The notes under the pieces are model-generated. The model was given only the letters and a program-made list of their open reading frames with translations, ran no database searches and was not told the origin of the DNA. Of a DNA stretch of 32,000 bases, positions 26,981 through 32,000 are shown one piece after another. The DNA is from Methanobacteriota archaeon. GTDB lineage: Archaea > Halobacteriota > Bog-38 > Methanoflorentales > Methanoflorentaceae. A program made the translations under genes and the position numbers. Positions within the stretch are counted from its first letter, which is position 1; every line of letters begins with the position of its first letter. The stretch covers positions 165,601 through 197,600 of the forward strand of contig CAVRAO010000006.1 of assembly GCA_963719035.1 (NCBI GenBank). The letters are read 5' to 3'.

Positions 26981-27081
26981 CGACGGTTTCGCAGACCGGC
27001 TGACAGCCCAAAATCCCGTGAATTGAACGCGCAAAACCCACCGCACGTGGTAGACGTTTAAATCCTCATACTTGATAAAGC

Positions 27082-27089
27082 ATATATAA
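27082..27089 (+). promoter_or_regulatory. TATA box for the GT-C-like membrane protein gene
   Basis: ATATATAA, with its centre ~28.5 nt upstream of ATG 27114 (leaderless geometry). Confidence 0.45.
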
Positions 27090-27113
27090 TCGTACACGTA
27101 TAGAACGCCAAAT

Positions 27114-29039
27114 ATGAACTTACAGAGCCTTGGGCGCCCCAGTCTCGCCTATTTGTTATTCCTTGCGTTGTGCGTACCGGTTATCGTATCGATTGGAGGG
27201 CCGATTCAGGTCTTTTGTGCTGGGGCAATCCTGTTCTTTTTCCCGGGATATTTCACGTCGCTAGCACTTCTCGCCAAACAAAGCGTCGCCGGTAGGGTCG
27301 GAACGGCGATTGGCTTCAGCTTCGTGCTCCTGGCTGTCCTCGAAGTTGTTTACACAACTCTGCTGATCCGTGGGGAGCCCCTCACCATCGTTGGGCCACT
27401 TTTCTTGTGGACAACGCTTATGTTTGTATTTAGCCTGGCATTGAAACGCGAGGAGGCATTTATCGACTTCAATTCCTTGTTTAAGCTAGACACCATCGTA
27501 ATTGTTGCGATGCTCCTCTTTGGGACCTTAACCCGAATTTGGTACCCATTAACGGTTGGCACGACCCCATACTTTGATCCGCTCTACTGGGCGACACGTG
27601 CAAGCTATTTCGTCCACACGGGTTTCACCGGTATACCCTCATTTTTAGCAGGCGGCAGTGGCGACTGGATACGAGAGCGGAGCTTCGAGTTAATGACAGG
27701 ATCATTCGCCATGATTGGTCACGGCTCAGTGGTAGACATAGCAATTTGGTTCGGACCGATCGTCGGCATTCTCGCTTCAATCATGCTCCTAGCGGTTTTG
27801 GAACGGCTGGGAGTAAGCCTATCGGGCAAGGTCGTTGGGCTATTTTTGTTTGGCTCCATGTCACCACTCTTTGAGGTTTTCTGGAGGACGAATATCACGA
27901 TAATGCAGGTCATTGGCACTTACTTCCTGTTTCTTGGCCTTTATCTCTGCGCTTCACAAGAGGCCGGTTCGTTTCTGTCTGGCGCATTCGTGCTCGGGCT
28001 CTCGATGGATATGCACATCCTCTATGGGATCTACACTCCTTTTATATTCATTTTCGTGGTGATCGCACAGCTCATGAAACGGCAAAATACCCTTACAGCG
28101 TTAGCCTCCGTCCCCACCTATGCGATTGGGCTTATGCTCTTTGCCTGGCGGTTCCTTGAACGCGGCGTGCCGTCCAGCTTCACGCCGGGTCTCGTCACCC
28201 ACAGCGCGGTGCCGTTTGCGATGCAATCGATTCTCCCTCTGTTTGCGCTTCAACTGGCGTACCCCGATCCGACATACATCCTGCTCTACGTAACGCCGCT
28301 CATCGCAGCGCTCGCGATCGTGGGGCTCGCAGGCTCTCGGATAACAACGAGTGAGTGGGAGCTCTCGCATCTCGTTCTGTTAGCGTTCGTTCTGGGCTTA
28401 TTTGCCGGCTGGGTACTTTCAACGCTCTACTTCTCGTTCAACGCAGAGACTGCCGAAATATTCCGCGGGCGTGGCGTGGCGTACGCTCAGGCGGTGCTCA
28501 TACCTGCCGCGGCGCTCGGAGTCTCTATGATTGAGCGATCGTTCGGACGTCGAGCGGCGCTTATCTCACCTGGTCGAGTCGCTACTGTCGTACTTATTGT
28601 GCTTATCATCTTCACCAATGCGGCGGGGGTGATAGCCACGGACAAATATACGTCCATAATTGGACAAGACGACTATAACGCGATACGGTATGTGGGACAG
28701 ATTCCAAGCAACAGCACCAGGCTTGCGTTTTTCGCTAACGTTAATCCACAGGACCCGTATTTGAACGCAAGTTCCTCGCAACGCATCGCGCTCTTCTACG
28801 CCTCAAACCCGGCAGCGTTCGACAAGACACCGATGGCATATCGGGACGAGGTCTCGAACAGCACTGCGACGTTACAGGCGGCCATGCAGAGCGACAAGGG
28901 CTTCTACAATTACATAGTCCTTTCCGAGAAACTTAGCTACAGCGCTCGAAATACCCTTGATAGTTACCTCAAATCAAACGGGTACACTGTAACTACGAGG
29001 TTCGGTGACGCATACGTTTACCGTGCAGCGTCGCGATAG
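27114..29039 (+). CDS. Large polytopic membrane protein, GT-C-fold glycosyltransferase candidate (STT3/AglB-like or PMT/ArnT-like; family unresolved)
   Basis: 641 aa, with ~16 hydrophobic spans by eye plus a ~120-aa C-terminal soluble tail carrying sequons. The acidic loop motif PYFDPLYWATRASYF follows TM5. It sits next to the flippase and GT genes. The CDS itself is well supported (long ORF, strong TATA). The confidence value applies to the CDS; I would put the functional call at about 0.4. Confidence 0.85.
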   Translation: MNLQSLGRPSLAYLLFLALCVPVIVSIGGPIQVFCAGAILFFFPGYFTSLALLAKQSVAGRVGTAIGFSFVLLAVLEVVYTTLLIRGEPLTIVGPLFLWTTLMFVFSLALKREEAFIDFNSLFKLDTIVIVAMLLFGTLTRIWYPLTVGTTPYFDPLYWATRASYFVHTGFTGIPSFLAGGSGDWIRERSFELMTGSFAMIGHGSVVDIAIWFGPIVGILASIMLLAVLERLGVSLSGKVVGLFLFGSMSPLFEVFWRTNITIMQVIGTYFLFLGLYLCASQEAGSFLSGAFVLGLSMDMHILYGIYTPFIFIFVVIAQLMKRQNTLTALASVPTYAIGLMLFAWRFLERGVPSSFTPGLVTHSAVPFAMQSILPLFALQLAYPDPTYILLYVTPLIAALAIVGLAGSRITTSEWELSHLVLLAFVLGLFAGWVLSTLYFSFNAETAEIFRGRGVAYAQAVLIPAAALGVSMIERSFGRRAALISPGRVATVVLIVLIIFTNAAGVIATDKYTSIIGQDDYNAIRYVGQIPSNSTRLAFFANVNPQDPYLNASSSQRIALFYASNPAAFDKTPMAYRDEVSNSTATLQAAMQSDKGFYNYIVLSEKLSYSARNTLDSYLKSNGYTVTTRFGDAYVYRAASR

Positions 29040-29041
29040 CG

Positions 29042-30706
29042 CTATCTCGTTTCTCTTGGTGCCCGCAGTATAGCCCCTTCACTTGCCGAGCTCACCGAAG
29101 CACCATAGCGTTTCAGGTAGCCACCTACGTCTTTCTCTAGAGGCTCCCATGTCGCCTTTCTCGCCGCAAGCTCGTCGTCTGTAAGGTGCGCGGTGAGCCG
29201 GTGGTTCGGTATGTCGATGGTAATCTCATCACCGTCGTGCAAGAGCCCTAACGGCCCCCCTTCAGCCGCCTCTGGCGAGATGTGTCCGATCGCAGCGCCA
29301 CGCGTGCCGCCTGAAAAACGGCCGTCAGTAATGAGGGGCACCTTGAGTCCCATTCCCGAGAGTGCTGAGGTTGGCGCGAGCATCTCAGGCATGCCGGGCC
29401 CGCCCTTCGGTCCTTCGTACCGAACGACGACGACGTGCCCTTCCTTGATGGAACCGTTCAGAATGGCTCGCATTGCTTCATCTTCAGAATTGAACACACG
29501 TGCCGTTCCCGTAGAGCGGAGCATGTCGTCACTTACTCCAGCGCTCTTGACGATGGCGCCATCCGGTGCAAGGTTTCCGTATAGCACTGTTATGCCGCCT
29601 GTCGCGTGCACCGGATCGTCGAGAGGTCTTATGACATCGTCACGGTAGATGTAGGCGCCGTCGGCTATCTCATGGATGCTCATTCCTGAGCAGGTCATCT
29701 CGTTACTGAACAGCGTTCGTGCGCGCTTTATGATGCCGGGGATCCCGCCGGCCGCGTCGAGGTCACCCATCGTGTACGGGCCGCTTGGGCTCAAATATGA
29801 GATGTGCGGCGTTCGCGCGCTCAGTTCATCGAACAGCGTCAGAGGGAGCCGTATGCCCGCCTCGTGTGCTATCGCTGGGAGGTGCAGCGCGGTGTTGGTT
29901 GAGCCGCCAATCAGCATGTCGAGCGTGATCGCGTTGCGAAACGCCGCCTCAGTGACGATGGCGCGCGGCGTGACCTCGTCGCGAATGAGTTCGACTACCC
30001 GTTTGCCTGTGTTTTGGGCGATCCTACGCCGTCTAGCATCGACTGCGGGTGCCGTTGCACAATAAGGGAGTGCAAGACCAAGGACCTCCGTCAAGCATGC
30101 CATAGTGTTGGCCGTGTACAATCCCTGGCAGCTGCCGCACCCTGGACACGCTCGGTTGACAAGCTCCTCAAGGTGCGCTTCAGTCATTGTGCCGGCCTGC
30201 ACACAGCCGACCCCCTCAAACGTCGACACGAGGGTGAGTTCCGTGCCTTGGTACTGCCCAGAGCGCATCGGCCCCCCCGTCACGACCATAGCAGGGAGGT
30301 CAAGCCGCAGCGCGGCCATTAACATGCCCGGAACGATCTTGTCACAAGACCCCACTAAGACCAAGCCGTCAAACTGGTGTGCTTGCGCCATGAGCTCTAT
30401 CGAGTCCGCAATGCTTTCGCGCGACGGGAGGGCGTACCGCATGCCCTCATGCCCCATAGCGATGCCGTCGCAGATGCCGATTGTACCAAACTCGAACGCG
30501 ACGCCTCCTGCAGTATACACGCCCTTTTTGACGAACTCAGCGAGGTCCCGCAGATGCAGATGACCGGGGACTATCTCGTTCCACGCGTTGGCGATGCCGA
30601 TGAACGGGCGTTCGAGATCGTCGTCAGTAAGACCGAGCGCTTTTAGAAGCGCCCTTTGCGGTGCTCGTGCGAGCCCCCTCGTTATCTCCTTACTCCTCAG
30701 TGCCAT
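29042..30706 (-). CDS. ilvD: Dihydroxy-acid dehydratase
   Basis: 554 aa. It has RAPQRALLKALGLTDDDLERPFIGIANAWNEIVPGHLHL, CDKIVPGM, CPGCGSC and TDGRFSGGTRG, all ILVD/EDD family hallmarks. Confidence 0.97.
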   Translation of the reverse strand: MALRSKEITRGLARAPQRALLKALGLTDDDLERPFIGIANAWNEIVPGHLHLRDLAEFVKKGVYTAGGVAFEFGTIGICDGIAMGHEGMRYALPSRESIADSIELMAQAHQFDGLVLVGSCDKIVPGMLMAALRLDLPAMVVTGGPMRSGQYQGTELTLVSTFEGVGCVQAGTMTEAHLEELVNRACPGCGSCQGLYTANTMACLTEVLGLALPYCATAPAVDARRRRIAQNTGKRVVELIRDEVTPRAIVTEAAFRNAITLDMLIGGSTNTALHLPAIAHEAGIRLPLTLFDELSARTPHISYLSPSGPYTMGDLDAAGGIPGIIKRARTLFSNEMTCSGMSIHEIADGAYIYRDDVIRPLDDPVHATGGITVLYGNLAPDGAIVKSAGVSDDMLRSTGTARVFNSEDEAMRAILNGSIKEGHVVVVRYEGPKGGPGMPEMLAPTSALSGMGLKVPLITDGRFSGGTRGAAIGHISPEAAEGGPLGLLHDGDEITIDIPNHRLTAHLTDDELAARKATWEPLEKDVGGYLKRYGASVSSASEGAILRAPRETR

Positions 30707-30730
30707 ATGCCTAGCAAATGCGTTTGAAGC

Positions 30731-30738
30731 TATAAAAA
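30731..30738 (-). promoter_or_regulatory. TATA box for ilvD
   Basis: The minus strand reads TTTTTATA, with its centre ~28.5 nt upstream of ATG 30706 (leaderless geometry). Confidence 0.45.
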
Positions 30739-31249
30739 GGGATGTGCTGGCTGCGTGAGCTCTTCAGCAGCCTATGACGTCGGGGTTGTAACGATAGAAG
30801 ATATGCTCAAACAGGAGGCACGCACGCAGGTTAACACGTAAGTCATAAGGCCCCGCGCACGAATTCCCGACTGCGGGGCTATTTGCAGGCTGAAGTCGGG
30901 GCACCACTGCAGGCGAAATCAGACTTGAAAACATCGCCGAGTTTCACAATGAGCCACGGTGACGAAACAGACGTCTTCGATATGCTCCCTACTTTTTTGG
31001 GCAACTCGCCTCTAAGTTTTTAGTAATATCAGCAAAGCCATTAGGAGCGATCAAATCGCTAGCAGTTCATGATAGACGGCCTGAGCAGTATTAACGGGGA
31101 GATACGTGTCCGTTGCGTCAACGGGCTGATGACACGCATTTTCAACCCTGGAAAGAGATAAAAGTCTCATCGATTTAACGAACGAATCCGCGATGTTCGC
31201 GAACTATGTATAACTAGTAAACGCAGGTCGCAACCAACCAAGTGCGACA

Positions 31250-31558
31250 TCAACTAACGCTTGAACGACGCAAGTGCACTGCTATGGCAAAACAAATTAT
31301 GATTGCTATTGTTAATTCAAAGGTTATTACGTCAACGCTATCGATTTTTTTGCTTGATACGACAATATATGCAGCCCAAAAGATAAGCCCTAAAACGATT
31401 CCCGAGCCTAAGAGTTGCATCACACGCTTGGATCGAACCTTAGACCATGCCCAGTCTGCCGTATTTAGCTTGTCAGATCCTATCTCAGCGCTTTCTTCAG
31501 ACTCGCTGCCGTATTCAGGCCCGGTTAAGTTTTCTTCACTTATCTCTATTCTAGTCAT
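31250..31558 (-). CDS. Hypothetical small membrane protein (acidic N-terminus, two predicted TM helices)
   Basis: The 102-aa ORF has an acidic head (EISEENLTGPEYGSESEESAEIGSD) followed by VMQLLGSGIVLGLIFWAAYIVV and ITFELTIAIIICFAIAV. It looks more protein-like than the overlapping + strand ORF 31242..31640. No family, promoter or RBS was recognised. Confidence 0.35.
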   Translation of the reverse strand: MTRIEISEENLTGPEYGSESEESAEIGSDKLNTADWAWSKVRSKRVMQLLGSGIVLGLIFWAAYIVVSSKKIDSVDVITFELTIAIIICFAIAVHLRRSSVS

Positions 31559-31961
31559 CTTTTATGCTTTTCAGCGCGCTATCTGCTGCCTGAGCACGCT
31601 TATGATTTTTGCGCGCAGTTTTGGTAGAGCACTTGCTTAAAGCTGTCAAAGTTATAAGCATACCCTCTTAATAAACAGCTCTCGAATGTGTTTATCAATA
31701 CAAGTGTTTTCTTCGTACTGCTCAACTTTGCTGTACCTCCCAATCTTTTTTCGTTTTCGCGAACGTCAACCTGAGCATGAACCGCGCACGCTAACTAGGG
31801 GTAATACTCTCGTTTTTCGAGATATCATCGCGGATACGCCACAACGGCTTCAGCTTTGAACGCTTGCGTGTGCCTGCAGATCGGTTGCAAGCTTGTTAGA
31901 AGGTTAATTTGCGCATAACGTTGCGGTTCCTGCGGTTGCTGTGACAGCGGCTAAATAGAGT

Positions 31962-31969
31962 TTTATAAA
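31962..31969 (+). promoter_or_regulatory. Orphan strong TATA box pointing out of the window
   Basis: TTTATAAA has a predicted TSS ~26-27 nt downstream, at about 31992-31993, exactly where a G-rich run (A-GGGGGTGC) begins at the window edge. Confidence 0.35.
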
Positions 31970-32000
31970 GGGTATTGTGATAATTACTGTAAGGGGGTGC

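Noticed and set aside
30764-30934. A 56-codon minus-strand ORF (MFSSLISPAVVPRLQPANSPAVGNS...) upstream of ilvD.
   Set aside because: It has a Pro/Ala-rich, non-protein-like sequence with no promoter or RBS. It would end ~26 nt from the ilvD TATA box.
31242-31640. A 132-aa + strand ORF overlapping the small membrane-protein ORF.
   Set aside because: It starts with GTG and has a less protein-like sequence than the antisense two-TM ORF. Only one of the pair can reasonably be real, and even the preferred one has low confidence.
1-32000. Search by eye for tRNA T-loop/acceptor patterns, rRNA, SRP or RNase P RNA motifs, CRISPR repeat arrays, transposase or integrase genes, inteins in the large genes, and in-frame TAG/TGA recoding.
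   Set aside because: I found none. The large proteins (Cdc48 738 aa, Hel308 726 aa, IlvD 554 aa, RadB 221 aa) have normal lengths with no insertions. A by-eye search cannot exclude small or divergent ncRNAs.

Overview
This window looks like an archaeal (euryarchaeal-type) chromosomal segment of roughly 50% G+C, densely coding on both strands. All calls come from reading the sequence and ORF track by eye, and family assignments rest on remembered motifs. The archaeal diagnosis rests on Cdc48/VAT, RadB, Hel308, a KEOPS Cgi121-like protein, RtcA, and AT-rich TATA-like boxes centred about 26-30 nt upstream of many first-gene start codons, which suggests mostly leaderless mRNAs. Positions 1-19.7 kb are housekeeping: a partial glmM-type phosphohexomutase (open at the window edge, absent from the ORF track), a MoaE-domain protein with an odd N-terminal extension, an 0.8 kb poorly coding gap holding an unlisted 53-aa zinc-ribbon ORF, rtcA, two four-CBS proteins, a small PRC-barrel protein, cdc48, larC, an RNase H-fold protein divergent from radB, a dapL-lysA-dapF lysine operon, a sequon-rich lipoprotein, an isolated PHP phosphoesterase, and hel308-cgi121. 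Positions 19.8-29.0 kb form a ~9 kb glycan-assembly island: one GT2, four GT4, a Wzx/MOP-type flippase and a 641-aa, ~16-TM GT-C-like protein. One GT4 and the flippase are each split by an apparent single-base frameshift. The GT-C-like protein has STT3/AglB-like loop motifs but nothing at the WWDYG position, and it is my best candidate for something undescribed. The window ends with ilvD and a ~1.3 kb poorly coding tail that stops at a strong orphan TATA box. I recognised no rRNA, tRNA, CRISPR array, transposase or intein.
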